Shown: positions 1-12,491, counted from the whole stretch's first letter. The stretch: 63,675 nucleotides of DNA, filler included, from Octopus bimaculoides (GCF_001194135.2; 4 parts of 3 records of this genome joined end to end with filler, not necessarily neighbours in it); one strand, 5' to 3'. The notes: generated from the sequence alone by a model not told the origin. Made by a program: numbers and translations.

Positions 1-230
1 GGAGGAGGTGGTATAGCGGTGGAGACTGTAATAAATGTAGATGGTGGTGGTAGTGGTGTTGATGGCAATTTGTGATGGGGGGGGGCAGGTATAAGAACAG
101 CTGCTCTTTTTGCTACTGGTTTAGTTACGGTGGATGTAGTAGTAGTAGTAGTGATTTCTGCTGCTCTGGTGAGGACTGGGAGTTGTGATGATGGTGGGAC
201 TGGTAAATAATAATAATAATAATAATAATG

Positions 231-440
231 AACTTTTCTATTCTAGGCACAAGGCCCGAAATTTTAGGGGAGGGGACCAGTCGATCAAATCGACTCCAGT
301 ACACAACTTGTACTTAATTTATCGACCCCGAAAGGATGAAAGGCAAAGTTTGACCTCGGCGGAATTTGAACTCAGAGCGTAAAGACAGACGAAATACGAC
401 TAAGCATGTCGCCCGGCGTGCTAACGTTTCTGCCAGCTCG
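231..440 (-). mobile_element. tRNA-derived SINE, family A (central GCCTTTCATCCTTTCGGGGTCGATAAA domain, Meta/MESC-like)
   Basis: Minus strand reads CGAGCTGGCAGAAACGTTAGCACGCCGGGCG...GAGTTCAAATTCC (box B)...GCCTTTCATCCTTTCGGGGTCGATAAATTAAGTAC and ends in an (ATT)n tail. Homologous copies at ~630-770, 5805-5996, 17860-18080, 22441-22660, 23565-23788, 29870-30030. The domain name is from memory. Confidence 0.85.
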
Positions 441-879
441 TATGATAATAATAATAATAATAATAGCATGCGCCTGGTGTACCCTTATGAGACGGGTAGT
501 CATGATGGGTGTTTTGGACTTCATATATTTGTGCCTCAGTGTCACTTTGATGGCATGCGTTGCCCTCTCACTCAATAATAATAATAATTATTATAGTAAT
601 CATAATAATAATAATAATAATAATAATACATTCTACTTACTAAAAGCACAAGGCCTGAAATTTGTGGGAAGGGGACTAGTGGAATACAGCGACCTCTGTG
701 TTTCACTGGTACTTGATTTATTGATCCCGAAAGGATGAAAGGCAAAATCGGCCTCGGCAGAAATTAAACTGGGAAGTCCGGTTGTTAGTGTAATGATAGT
801 GGTTGCTATGGATATGGTATAAGGAAAGTAGTTGCGAATACTGTAAATTAAAAGTGGTTGAAAATGTTGTGGTGTAACT

Positions 880-1176
880 CAGGGGTTTTCAAACTGTGGT
901 CTCCGGACCACAGGGGGTCCGCAAGGACAAGACAGGGAGTCCGTGGATAGCAAATACTTTTTATAGGCAATTTGATTTTATATATGTTTTTTAATCGAAA
1001 TCTTTTAATTGACAATAAACCTATTTGTTAAATATTGTTAAATAAATAAATGTAAAAATATATGTTATTTTAAGCAAATATTTATGTATAAATTTCATAA
1101 GCGTTTATAAGGGGGTCCCTAAGGTAAAGCCTGAAATATAAAGGGGTCCGCAAGTCAAAAAGTTTGAAAACCCCTG
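880..1176. mobile_element. hAT-family MITE
   Basis: Perfect 16-bp TIR CAGGGGTTTTCAAACT (880-895 / 1161-1176) and perfect 8-bp TSD GTGTAACT (872-879, 1177-1184). Confidence 0.9.
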
Positions 1177-1723
1177 GTGTAACTAATGAGAGTGATTGCT
1201 AATACTGTGCTATTCGTAATTGGAGCGGTCGGCAAATGTTGTAGTGTAACTAATGAAAGGGATGTAATGAGAGTTGTTGCAAACGCTGGGCTATACGTAA
1301 TTAGAGCGGTTGGTAACGTTGTAGTACAGCTAACGACAATGGTTGCTAGTTTACTAATGCAACAATGTTAGAGATTAGTGATTTCTTAGGCTGCAGCTTG
1401 ATGCGAATGTTTTGCTAACACTGTGGTATAACGTAAGTTGTTGCGAAATAATTCTTTCCGCTAATATTTACTCTATCTTCTTCGTATATCTCTTCTCTCA
1501 AAATGTCTTCTCCTCTATTTTACATTATGACGCGACCCACTCTTGCATAGCATCTCTGAACAATTCGGCTTGTTATTTACATTCACTAGAATCACTAATG
1601 AGTTCCGTTATTTATTATTAATTAGTTATAAATTACTTTCAATTGTACTCAGCCCCTATCAGACATAACTAAGGCTACTGTCGAAGAATAGTCATATAAC
1701 AAATACACACAAACATACACACA

Positions 1724-1925
1724 CATGTGATAGGCCAAAAGTCACTCTCAAAATTAGTTCAGTACACTCCAGAATTGTCAATTTTTTTCTAAAATTTATA
1801 TTAAATGAATAGAATAATGATTACATACCAACTTGTACATAATGAACAAAATGAAGAACGATAATTATAACTTTATTAAAAATAAAGTGTCAAATGTTTT
1901 AATGCGTGACTTTTGGCCCACCTTG
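1724..1925. mobile_element. Tc1/mariner-type MITE (degenerate left end)
   Basis: Inverted GGCCAAAAGTCAC / GTGACTTTTGGCC near both ends; the right end CCACCTTG is followed by TA. Confidence 0.55.
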
Positions 1926-1967
1926 TATATTTTTCTTTCTTTTTTTTTTTTTGTTTCTCCTTAATCT

Positions 1968-2383
1968 TTTTTAACTTGTTTCAGTCATTAGACTGCAGCC
2001 CTGATGAGGCACCGTCTTCAAAGAATTTTTTAGTCGAATGTATCGACCTCAGTATTTAATTTTTTAAAGTCTGGTTATTATTCTATTGGTCCCTTTTACC
2101 GAACTGCTAAATTACGGGGATGTAAACACACCAGCACCGATTGTTGGTGGTGGTAGTGGTGGAGGATAAGCAAACACACACACAAACACACACACACACA
2201 CATAAACATATATATAATACATATATACGACGGGCTTCTTTCAATTTTCGTCTATCACATTCACTCACCGGGCTTTGATCGGTCCGAGGTTATTGTAGAA
2301 GAGACTTGCCCAAGGTGCCGCTCAGTGGGACTAAACCCCGCACCATGTGGTTGAGAATCAAACTTCTTACCACACAGCCACAT
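1968..2383 (-). mobile_element. tRNA-derived SINE, family B (most abundant in the window)
   Basis: Reverse complement of the family consensus GGCTGTGTGGTAAG...GGTTCAGTCCCACTGCGTGGCACCTTGGGCAAGTG...(CA/TG)n...GCATGGCCGCAGTC...GACTGAAACAAGTAAAAG. Confidence 0.85.
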
Positions 2384-2429
2384 CTTAGCGCGCGCGCATG
2401 TGTGTGTAAAGAGAGAGAGGCAGAGACTG

Positions 2430-2715
2430 GGCCTTACGAAGGTGATGACAAAGGTCCGAGATATCTAGCGCCTTGCGGTACTCGGAAGAACCCGCCCACC
2501 ACAGCAGAACTGATGCAGGTGATGGTGCCACGTGAAAAGCACTTAGTACGCCCTGTAAAGTGGTTGGTGTTAGAAAGGGCATCCAGCCGTAGAAACCATG
2601 CCAGAATAGAGTGGAGACTGGTTCGACTCCCGGCCTAACCAGCTCCTTTCAAGCCGTCCAACCCACGCTAGCATGGAAAACGGACGTTAGATGATGATGA
2701 TGATGATGATGACGA
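2430..2715 (+). mobile_element. RTE-clade LINE 3' end / RTE-tailed element
   Basis: GTGGTTGGTGTTAGAAAGGGCATCCAGCCGTAGAAACC...GCATGGAAAACGGACGTTAG followed by a (GAT)n tail. The same tail follows RTE ORF ends at 43150 and 55240. Confidence 0.75.
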
Positions 2716-2815
2716 TATAAGATTGGATGTGGTTCATGTACTTTTGTAAATATGTAATGGAGGAATGTGTGTGACTTCAATAATTTAATACAAATATTTC
2801 TTTTTCTTTTTGCAG

Positions 2816-2876
2816 GAGAAACAATTGGAATGCCAACAAGCTAGGTTAATGCCTTCGAAAGTGTCAAAAACACAAG
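2816..2876 (+). CDS. Candidate internal coding exon of an unidentified host gene (EKQLECQQARLMPSKVSKTQ)
   Basis: Strong acceptor TTTTTCTTTTTGCAG, donor AAG|GTAACT, only one open frame (phase 0 to 1), unique sequence. Confidence 0.45.
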
Positions 2877-3099
2877 GTAACTATAACATTTATCTTTCGT
2901 TCTAATACCCTCAACGGAAGAATAGTATCAGAATAGAATATCAATGATAAGGTCTTAGGTACAAGTGTAAAGTTTTTAATATTTGATATATAACACTGTT
3001 TCAAAATGAAGTACGAGTCGAAAGTTTGTATGTTATAGAAACTGTTGTAACGTAGATTGAATATTAAATGTCAATATTACTAATAACGAAGGTTTTGAA

Positions 3100-3790
3100 A
3101 TGTTACCTTTGGCATATTTAATTAGTCCTGGTATTTCGGGTAAAATATTCCTTTACGATGGTGTTAAGTGTCAGAAGATCAGGCTATCCATTCTAAAATA
3201 TGCTGGAAGTCAATGGATACTCAGCGACTGTTATCAGTTGTTTCCAGTCATCGAAGCCCAAGAAACGAAAAAAAACAAAATCCTAACACTTGTCTCCATC
3301 CAGTGACAGTAAAATCATTATTAGTAGAAAGGACATCCGTAAGGAAAGTCTTGATTTACAGCTGATCCACTCGAGATACCCCCTATAGAAAATCCTTTCA
3401 AGGAAACGGCTCCCCAAAGACAGAAAATTGGGCATATTAGCCAACTGCTCCACCCGTCGCGCAGACATGCATTTGTGAACTTAAGGCGTATATCAAATGC
3501 AGTATGCCAAAATCTTCTGACCTCGGCAGAATGATTCGTCTATTAAACATCTGAATCCAAGGAGTCCCCGAGCTTGCGAGATCACCTTTTAAACAAATCG
3601 ACATTGAAAAATTCAAGAACATTAAGAAGGATTTCACAGTTACCATCAAAGTTGTAGACGTCAATATCGGAAAACTACGGATAAAAGAAGCAATTCTGAT
3701 AATAGAAAAAAAAAAAAAAAAAGACCAACACCAGCCAACCATTAACAACCAGTGAGAATTGAATGGAATGCTTATGACAATAACTAACCA
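3100..3790 (+). pseudogene. Degraded Penelope-like element, GIY-YIG endonuclease C-terminus
   Basis: Frame-broken translation contains SPSLRDHLL and KQIDIEKFKNIKKDFTVTIKVVDVNIGKLRIKEAILIIEK...PTINNQ. This resembles the PLE end motif (..L.IKEA..I...KP.LN.Q). Confidence 0.5.
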
Positions 3791-5639
3791 CTTTTTATAA
3801 TCACCATGCATGACTCAATTCCTCCTCGCATTCATATTATTCTCTACTCATACTTCAAGCCATTGGAACCCTGTTTACGGCCCCACATTCCATACTTCCA
3901 TTTATATTGTCTTTCACATATTCCACACCAATACATTGCCATGGAAATTTCTCTTTTAGTTGGAGAAAAAAAGAAAACAACTTGGTGGGTATTGTTAGCA
4001 GCTCTCAAAGAAAGAGGAGATTACTTCAAGAAACTGAAAATAAATGTCTCTCACCTTCATTTACATCTTTAGGCAAAAGTCTGGGATGAAATATTGGGAT
4101 AGTTTATTGAGCTGATACGATGGTTGTAAGAGAAAAACGGAATTTTGTATTCTGACCTCATCTGAACCATTTCTGTTTTCACTAACTTCACCTTGAATGC
4201 TAGTTGGTTTGAAAGTTCATAACTAGCGGAACGGTAACCCTAGTGAAAGGCACAGGGAAGTGGACTCTTCTAACCGGTCAAAATATCTTCAGAGATTCCT
4301 CAAAATAAAGACTAATGTTTTGTCTTCACTCCTTAATACAAGTTTTTCACACTCAAGGAAGTTTTATTCTTAGGTGAGATTCGACTTGACACCAACTTGC
4401 TCCAGTTATCTTGTATTCTATCAACCACGTGGCTGTTTACTTTCTGTAATCAATGAAACAACAACAACATCAATGAAATACTGACATTCCAATTAATAAA
4501 GCGATAACATTTTAAAATGTGTGAAGCGTGAAGAAAAATTGTAGAATGAATTTGGTGCTCTAAAGTGAAGTTTGTTTGATCGGATATTATCGATGAACAA
4601 TCATTTTCTGACACCAGATCAATGGTGACGTGCAGCGAAACATGATTTTATTTCCTTGAAGTGTATTTGAACAAATCTGAACTTCAAAGCTTTGTATCAG
4701 CTAAAACGATCACCACTGCTCGACCTGTTGTCGTGGTTGATGCTTGTTTCCGTCTGATGATATTCATTTCTAAGCATTGTTCGACTTCTTTAAATGCAGC
4801 GACAGGAAACTGCTATGTTCATCTCAGCCACCTGTAGTTTCTACCCTCTTTCCGTCTGTACAGTTAGAAACATCTATGCCTAACTACCTGCCATTCTTTG
4901 ATTTCATTGACCTAGAAGACAGTGAAGAAACAGACGAGTAAAGGAGTAAAAAAAAAACTGTACAAAGGACCACAGTTCTTTAATATCATCTTATATACTC
5001 TGTGTAAAGTAGATGTCAACATACTCAACCAATACTAGAATATGCTACGGTGTAGGATAGTGGACGAACCTATATCATAGCAAGAGAGGCAAGTAATGAC
5101 AGTGATATCGAACTCTGAGTAATCAGATACTAAATACAAGATAAAGGCTGTAACAGCATCGATTATAGTGCCCTAGTATGACTATAGCACTTAAGATGGA
5201 AGCAGCAAAAAAGAAATATCTGCAATAACTTTCCAAACGACCGCAGATTCCATCAGCTAACTGGAACAACGTAAAGGTGAGCTTTATATGAAGAGTGTTT
5301 CAAGCATAATAAAAAGTAGAGGTATTCTACGGTCACACTAGCTACAAGGGTAGACATGCAATTGTCGCTGTATACGGCAAACACCTATAAAGAAACCTTT
5401 CATACGACATTGGCTTGTCCATTTAACAACACCTTAATCTGCTACATATGATTGACAGAGAATACGTTTAAAAATAAAACTGTCCGTTTCAACACAGCGG
5501 TTCGTTTTGCCATCGTCTTCTAGAAAACACTACAAGCATATTTGAAAATTAAAGAATACAGTAATGTCTACGAACTTCACATAGGAATAATAGACAGAGC
5601 AACTGCATCATTAAGGAACAGACCATATGTATATATGTG

Positions 5640-6016
5640 TTCCACCACCCGCTTGACAACCAGTGTTGATGTGTTTACGTCTCCGTAAATTAGAGGTTCG
5701 GCAAAAGTGATCAAGAGAATAAGTGCCGGCTTTAAAAAAAAATTAATTACTGAGGTTGATTTTTTCGACTAAACCCTTCGATGCAGTGCCCTAGCATGGC
5801 CGCACAAGGCCCGAAATTTTGGGGGAGGGGGCCAGTTGATTAGATCGACCCCAGCATGCAACTGATACTTAATTTATCGACCCCGAAAGGATGAAAGGCA
5901 AAGTCGACCTCGGTGGAATTTGAACTGACAACGTAAAGACATACGAAATACCTCTAAGCATTTCGCCCGGCGTGCTAACGTTTCTGCCAGCTCGCCGGCT
6001 TGAAACAAGTAAAATA
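5640..6016. mobile_element. Family-B SINE tail (+) interrupted by a family-A SINE (-, 5805-5996)
   Basis: The family-B tail breaks at GCATGGCCGCA and resumes as GGCTTGAAACAAGTAAAA after a complete antisense family-A copy. Confidence 0.8.
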
Positions 6017-6215
6017 TCAAAGATATAATGTAGGAATTGTAAAATATATATAAGGAAACATTATATGTGGTACATCTGAGGACTCAATACATGGTATTCA
6101 GTCGCGACTAATGGCCAGGCGAAACTCAAGTATGCTGTTACTTCGTCGATCCTCGGAATTATACCCTTTGTCTTCGTCTTTCAGTGATGAAGGCATGATT
6201 GTCTCACAATCACCC

Positions 6216-6247
<32 letters not shown>

Positions 6248-7352
6248 NNNNNNNNNNTCTCTCTCACACACACACACAGTCACTCTTTTAGTCTTTAAAA
6301 TGTCAGTTTGATAAATTATATCGAAGTGTTTTTATTTTTCATTATTTTGTTTCTCTTTCTCTCTCTTTCTCTCTCTTTCTCTCTCTCTCTCACTGAATAT
6401 GTATATATATATATATATACACACACACACATATATACACCCATACATTGTATTTTGTATATAAACGATGATACATTTAACTATTTTATACAGGAAAACC
6501 TCACATCTTAGCAAACATCGCAGTGTATATATGTCCGCGCGTAGTTACACACACACACACATACATACATACATACATATATACACACCACGTACCCACC
6601 CGCTGTCAAACTAATGGAAGACAAATAAGTCTAAAGTATCGATGGATGTTTGGAGGGTGTCATCTTTTATCTTTGTTGAGGTAGCAGTAGGGGGTGGGGG
6701 GTCTTGATGTCCTCCTCCTCACTCTCTCTCTCTCTCTCTCACCTTCTCTTCGCTGGGGTGGGGCTGGAGGTTGGTGTCCCTCCTTCTCTCTCTCTCTCAC
6801 TTTCTCTAATAAAAACAAATGACTGTTTAACTTAATTTGCTGAGAGAAACAGTTTGTACTTTCTTGGGTGTTTGTATTATTTGTTTTGGGTGGTAGTTGT
6901 TGCTGTGGTCGTGGTAGTTGTAGTGGTCGTCGTGGTTGTTGTTGTTGTTGTTGTTGTTATAGTGCTGGTGGTGGTTGTATTTCCAGTCCTGTGTTTGTTG
7001 CTCTTTTTTTTTTTTTCGTCTTTACGCTTTCATCTTAAGACTCCAGAATTATAATCAATTCTCACACACTTCCGCTTGCCATCTGTGTGTATATATAATA
7101 GATGTGCATATTTATGTATGTGTTTCTGGATGTGTGTAATTTTTGCGTTCATTACCTTTCTTCATGTATGCATGCATGCATGCGCGCGCGCGTGTGTGTG
7201 AAGCTTTCAGTAAATCTCTGAAGCCATATCATCCCTTTTATGCCACTCGGGAGAGGCATGAATGTTACTTCACTCATTTCCTCCTATCTCTCCTCTACTT
7301 CTCCCTCGAGAACCGTACATTGGCCGAAGCAGTAGAGAATCGAACTAACTTT

Positions 7353-7534
7353 GGTAATTTTTCAGATTAACACCCGCACGATCTTCACTAGGGTGTTAGG
7401 GTTAGGATTCAAGGTTCAAGGTTAGGGTTACAGGGTTACGGAATTCCGTCCCTTACCGTAAACCTAACTCTAAACACTAACCCTAACCCTAACACCCTAG
7501 TGAAGATCGTGCGGTGTTAATCTAAAAAATTACC
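7353..7534. mobile_element. Merlin-like MITE with internal telomere-type repeats
   Basis: ~53-bp near-perfect TIR starting GGTAA, exact 8-bp TSD CTAACTTT (7345-7352, 7535-7542), inward-facing TTAGGG / CCCTAA variants. Confidence 0.75.
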
Positions 7535-7644
7535 CTAACTTTATTTCTCCTCTCAGTAACTCCATCCGTCTTCGTTTCTGAGTTTGAATCCAGCTGGAAT
7601 CAGCTTTGCTCCATATTCCCTCTAAGGGTCGATAAAATCAACTG

Positions 7645-8118
7645 AGTGCCGATATAGTTTGTGATCTACATATATGATTCTGGTATATCTTGTGATCTAC
7701 ATTAGTTCAAATGGTATAGTTTGTGATTTACACCGGTTTCTTGATCTACATTTAAAATCCATCTATTTTCTCGACTTCAGGATTGGTTTCGTATATAAAC
7801 CAAAACACTTTTGATTTAAACGCTTTTAGGCCTGAGCCCATTGAAAGAAGTTGTGATGAGAGCAAAACAATTTTACACACAGGTTATTCGAGATGAAAAA
7901 GCTGCAATAGAATTTCTCTGGCCGCTATGAACATAGGGATATTGATCCATGCAGCGAAATCAATAAAATAATTTATTTTTCTTTTATTTTTAAATGTTTA
8001 ACTCCTCTAATTATAATTGCAAATTTATAACAAAATTTTCAATGTAGATCACAAGCTAGTCTAGATTTAAGTTGCTGTAGATCACAGTGGCATGTAGATC
8101 ACATACTACACCGGCACC
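7645..8118 (+). mobile_element. Merlin-like non-autonomous DNA transposon with transposase N-terminal remnant
   Basis: TIR (G)GTGCCGGTGTAG-like with repeated TGTGATCTACA subterminal units; 6/8 TSD ATCAACTG / ATGAAATG; internal MRAKQFYTQVIRDEKAAIEFLW at 7856. Inserted in a family-A SINE. Confidence 0.55.
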
Positions 8119-8269
8119 ATGAAATGGGGTCGGTTCAGTAGAATGTGTTCCTCTTACCCTCCTAAAAAATACAAGTTTCTGTAACCAGGGTCTATGAAAA
8201 AAAAGGTGTATAGTGGCTCAAAGTGTACCCAGCTCACTCAGAAAATATTTGTATTTATTGACGACTAAA

Positions 8270-8810
8270 GGCATGTGGAAAAGTGGTTAATGTATTCGGC
8301 TCACGATTGTTTGATTGTAAGTTCGATTTCCGGTGGCGTGTTGTGTCCTTGAGCAAGACACTTTAATTCACGCTGCTCCAGTCCACTCAGCTGGCAAAAA
8401 TGAGCTGTACCTGTATTTCAAAGGGCCAGCCTTGTTGCATACCGTGTCACACTGAATCTCCATGAGAACTACATCCTTTTATTACCATATTTCTGTTTGG
8501 ATACTCTGTGTTTCTTTCAATTAATTTTAAATATAACAAAGAATTTAGTAAAATAACTTAGTTATCGTTAAGCTAGTGTTAAGAACAAAAATTGTGACTA
8601 CGGTTTGGTGGAAGATCTTAATTTAGAACTTTTGAAAACAAGACATTTGTACTACAGAGCTAGAGGTGGTTTCATGCGGGTTGGTATCAAAAGGATTAAG
8701 GCTACGTGTGTCTGGTGTACTCTGTCACTTGCACGTTAATTTCACAAGCAGGTTGTTCTGTTGATTGGATCAACTGAAACCCTCGTCGTCGTAACCGACG
8801 GAGTACCAGT
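8270..8810 (+). mobile_element. tRNA-derived SINE, family C (CORE/Nin-like body), with nested TTAA-type MITE at ~8475-8695
   Basis: Box A/B-like head, TGTGTCCTTGAGCAAGACACTT...CAGTCCACTCAGCTGGCAAAAATGAG body. It is broken at the GAACTACGTTAAGG site by a MITE also present at 51963-52182. Confidence 0.7.
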
Positions 8811-10777
8811 AAGTTAAACGTTTGCAATTTAGAAAGGTGATCCGAAAAAATACTTTTGTGTTTCTAATAAAATTCTTCTGAGATATTTTTGCTGAGGCCA
8901 ATCTTAAAATGTTTTTATACTTGGCAGAATTGTTGGAGTTTAGCACTTGGTACTTGTTTCGCCTTTATCCGTTCTGAGTACGTGGTCATTTGCCCTGTTT
9001 TACACAACGACCTATTTGATCTTTGATTACTTTTACTGGGGGTCCACTCTATTGTAAGCGTTTAGGCCTAGTTTGCTGTTTGAGGATAACTTCGTGCCTT
9101 CTTCCAAATGGCCTTGGAGGCCTAGAAAACTATAAGAAAGAAAAAGGCAGGGTTCATAGCCGCTGCCCTTCTTACCGTTCTTGTAGCAGTCTGAAACCTT
9201 TAAATTATTCAGCTACACTAGCCTTCTTTGACTCAGCAGAAGACAAACAAATATTCATTGTTTTAATGTGTACCCCCCCCTCTCTCACGCACACACACAT
9301 TAACCGACGAATGATTATTTGCAGGCTCGTGGGTTCAAATCTTGCTGATTCTTGCTATTATTTCACAGCTGTGTGTAAATGTGTCCGTGCTAGAGTTTGT
9401 ACCATTTACTTACTCCTCCTCCTCCTCTTCTCCGCCCCTTCCTCGCGCTCCTTTCCTCTTTCTTAAGTGAATCAGTCCAAGTGGGTTCTCAACTTTGCGT
9501 TCATTCCAATCCCACCTCGATCCCGACACATCTGAACAACAACAACAACAACAACAACACCAGCAGCGTCATCAACATCAAACTTAATAAGAGATGAATC
9601 CCAGAGATGTGTGTTGACAATGGTAAAATTAGCGACATTTTACACTGTCGGTCTCATGGTGGTGATGGCTTTCTTGTTGTCCATGGTGGTGACGGTGGCG
9701 ATTGTGGATATGGTGGTGGCTTATGTTACAAACGGTGGAGACGGGTGCAGTAGTAATTATGTTTCCTTATAATTGCAGTGTTGGTGGTAGTACTTGTGTG
9801 GTTGTAATGAAGACTGGAAGTCACAGCAGTTGTTGTAAAGTCCCAGGTTATCCTTGATTGAACAGACCTCTGATCCAAGACCTTCCACTGTGACCATCCC
9901 ATCTTTTTTTTTCCTCAGGATTATGTTATCCAAACTGTCCCGGGTTATCCCTGATTGAACAGACCTCTGGCGAAAGACCTTCCACTAAGACCATGCCACC
10001 TTTTTTTGCTTGGACTATGTTATCGAAACTGTCCTTCACTAAAAATTGTTTGGATTTGGCTGCTATTTCCGCCGCTGTCGGTTCGTCAGGAAGCGGGAGG
10101 TCGCTGATGATTTATCGCAGTAAACCTTGTCTTGTTACAACACTTTGGAAAAGGTGTGGAGTGGTTGGAGAGGATGTTGAAGGAGAGTAAGGAAGAAGAA
10201 GAGGTGGTAGTGGCAGTGGTGGGAACTGACACATTTTTGTTTTGTTTTTAAACGGAACCTCAACCCTCCCTCTCTTTTTCCCCTTCTCTCCCCTCTCCAC
10301 TGACTTTCTTTTTCACTCAACTCATCCTCTCCACCACCACCAACACTATGCCTACTTCTTTCTCTCCTCAGCCTCTCCGTCTCCCCACCTTCTCTACACC
10401 TTGATTACTTTATTGTACTGACGGTGTTTGGTTTTCTTTTTGCTCNNNNNNNNNNNNNNNNNNNNNNNNNNNNNNNNNNNNNNNNNNNNNNNNNNNNNNN
10501 NNNNNNNNNNNNNNNNNNNNNNNNNNNNNNNNNNNNNNNNNNNNNNNNNNNNNNNNNNNNNNNNNNNNNNNNNNNNNNNNNNNNNNNNNNNNNNNACACA
10601 CACACACACATCAAGTTGAAATTTATAGAAAAACAAGGCGAAGACAGGTGTATGAACAACAAGCAAGTGTATTAATGAAAAAGTCATTTATGTTTTGAGC
10701 CGATGCTCTTCAACGGAAACGAATAAGAGAGAATAAACAGAGAGAGAATGAAAAAAACTTGTAGATTTCAGCGGTCT

Positions 10778-11160
10778 AGGCACAGGCATGGCTGTATGGT
10801 AAGACATTTTCTTCCCAACCACATGATCCGTGTTCAGTCCTATAGCCTGGCACCTTGGGCGAGTATCTTCTACTATAGCCATGGGCTGACCAAAGCCTTG
10901 TGAGTAGATTTGGTAGACGGAAACTGAAAGAAGCCCGAGGGTGTGTATGTGTGTCTGTCTTTGTGTTGCCTCGCACCACCACTTGAACTGGTGTTGGCAT
11001 GCTTCCTTTCCAGTAATCTAGTGGTTTGGCAAAAGAGAAGGATAAAATAAGTACCAGGATTTAAAAAATAAGTACTGGGGATTGATTCATTCGACTCAAA
11101 ATTCTTCAGGGCGTTGCTGCAGCATGGTCGCAGTCTAATGACTGAAACAAGTGAAAGACA
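10778..11160 (+). mobile_element. Family-B SINE, full length
   Basis: Head GGCATGGCTGTATGGTAAG through tail GACTGAAACAAGTGAAAG. Confidence 0.85.
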
Positions 11161-12459
11161 AGATGTAAAAGGTGAGTGTGTGTGTGTATGTATGTGATAG
11201 AGTAATTAGGTGTTGTAATGAGGGAGAGGAGAAAATGACCAAATGGTGGATGATGGTAGAGAGAGATTGAAAAATGATGTTGTTGATGTTATTTTGCCCC
11301 AGGTCAACCCGTGTCAAACAGGGCTATGATCAAAGACAACTAACCCAGAACTAGGTCCAGCTTACTTACCCTTTGCTTAGATTGTAAGGAGATTTAAGCT
11401 GCCATTTCTAGTAAGTCAAACAACCACATAGAGGCTATTGTTTGCGCCGTAACTGCTTGGCGATGGTGGTGGTGGTGGTAGTGGTGGTGGTGTTATTGTT
11501 GGCCATAATTACCTCCCTTTACGATTACCGTCCTTAACTGTCCACTGTTGTTTGCCATTCAGTAACCAGACACATGTACATACACACAATCTCACTCCCC
11601 CTCCCCCTTCCTTTTCATGAACAGTGGTGGTGGTGGTGGAAGTGGGTCCCACTGTTGCTTCCGTTTCGTTTCTATTCTGATTAATTTAATTGATTATCAT
11701 ACCTTTTTCTTCTCCCTTTTTTTTTACTGCTCCCTCCTCTCACCTCTATATCTGTTCCCACTGTCACTCTCTTCAACCCTTATTTCTGGCAATTCTCCTC
11801 TATTTTTCTTTTTATCGTCTGTCCCCTCCCATTCCACCCCCATTGTCCTTTACTGCCATCCTTTATTTGTTTCTTTCTTTCCTTTTCATTTCATTTTTTT
11901 TTCTTCTTATTCCTCCTTGCTCCTTTTGACATTTGACTCCTCCCCCCCATGTCTTCCACTATTCTATTCCTAAAGGCCTCTTGGTAGAATTTCAAACTGT
12001 TAGAAAGAGCAGCCAAATTTCCTTCAACTTACACCTCCATTGCCTGAATACACACAATGTATTCCTAGATTTCACTAAAAAAAGTGATATAGTCATGCTT
12101 GGAATGTCTCTGCAATGATAGGTGTATCTAGGAACACGTGATACAAGGTGCCCTTTCTTAAAAGATAGCTCATTGCATCTGAGATTTGGCTGCTGTTTTT
12201 AGCAGACTGAGGGGAAGTATACAGAGCCTCACTCAGCAGCTAATGTTTTTGTTTCTCTCAAACTTGTGGGTGATTTATTATATGTTTTGATGTATTTGAC
12301 AACTTTTACCATTATTGACTCATTTCATTGTCTTTCTTTTATGTTCCAGTACAAGTGTGTGTATGTATGGGAGAGTGTATGTTTATATGTATATGTGTGT
12401 GTGTGTGTGTGTGTGTCACCATTCCATCCTAAAATTTCTCTTGTGTATGTTTCTTTCAG

Positions 12460-12491
12460 ATAAGGACAAGGCTCGAACTTCAGACCTGGAG
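12460..12491 (+). CDS. Candidate small coding exon (DKDKARTSDLE or IRTRLELQTW, frame unresolved)
   Basis: Acceptor GTATGTTTCTTTCAG; donors GAG|GTCCGT (12491) or GTCC|GTATGT (12495); two open frames; GC-richer unique island. Confidence 0.4.

Noticed and set aside
6098-6230. CpG-rich island with peptide MPSSLKDEDKGYNSEDRR (-) and a strong plus-strand acceptor
   Set aside because: No matching donor/acceptor pair and no recognisable homology.
10061-10092. CTGACGA...GAAA on the minus strand
   Set aside because: Extra unpaired bases around stem II and no stems I or III; the GAAA comes from an adjacent repeat.
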